Of a DNA stretch of 35,914 nucleotides, positions 35,843-35,914 are shown piece after piece. Below the pieces are notes generated by a model, which was not told the DNA's origin, searched no databases, and was given only the letters and a program-made list of their open reading frames with translations. This stretch comes from a virus. Taxonomy: Duplodnaviria; Caudoviricetes. The translations under genes were made by a program, and so were the position numbers. The stretch lies in IMG/VR virus record IMGVR_UViG_3300035675_000020, positions 1 to 35,914 of that record. The stretch is one strand, 5' to 3'. Position 1 is the stretch's first letter. Every line of letters begins with the position of its first letter.

Positions 35843-35914
35843 GAGAGTTAATTAGTATGTTGTTAGTGTGGACTGTGGGCGTCGTTTAGTGGGTCGCAAA
35901 TCTTCTTGACACGT

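Noticed and set aside
1-35914. Stop-codon reassignment (code 15 or 25)
   Set aside because: Long genes are intact in code 11, and both TAG and TGA end genes at sensible boundaries, including ATGA overlaps.
35853-35914. GT-rich segment that may start another structured RNA or promoter (TTGACA at 35906)
   Set aside because: It is truncated by the window edge and the pairing is weak.

Overview
The window is a large, single-orientation (+ strand) segment of a tailed dsDNA phage with a podovirus-like virion module. Gene order: recombination genes (PD-(D/E)XK exonuclease, RusA-like resolvase); a glycosyltransferase/kinase/methyltransferase cluster; a ParB-DNA methylase; terS, terL, portal, scaffold and major capsid; a GT-B glycosyltransferase; a 1490-aa fibre; adaptor/nozzle proteins; three ejection-like proteins; a TLTNKT-repeat fibre; a BspA-like LRR protein; a GT2; a lysis module with an amidase; then an early/accessory region. 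No integrase, replicative polymerase/helicase, tape measure, CRISPR or reverse transcriptase is visible. Translation uses standard stops. Most starts lack a Shine-Dalgarno sequence while sigma70-type promoters are present, which is compatible with a Patescibacteria/CPR-like host (inference). Two things stand out. (1) Four glycosyltransferases, a P-loop kinase-methyltransferase fusion and another methyltransferase are interleaved with virion genes, a candidate virion glycosylation and glycan-capping system. (2) The early region holds a cluster of unannotated structured RNAs, including a promoter-driven ~140-nt tRNA-like RNA and a ~180-nt multibranch RNA flanked by 15-bp direct repeats. All assignments come from manual motif reading; no database searches or folding programs were run.
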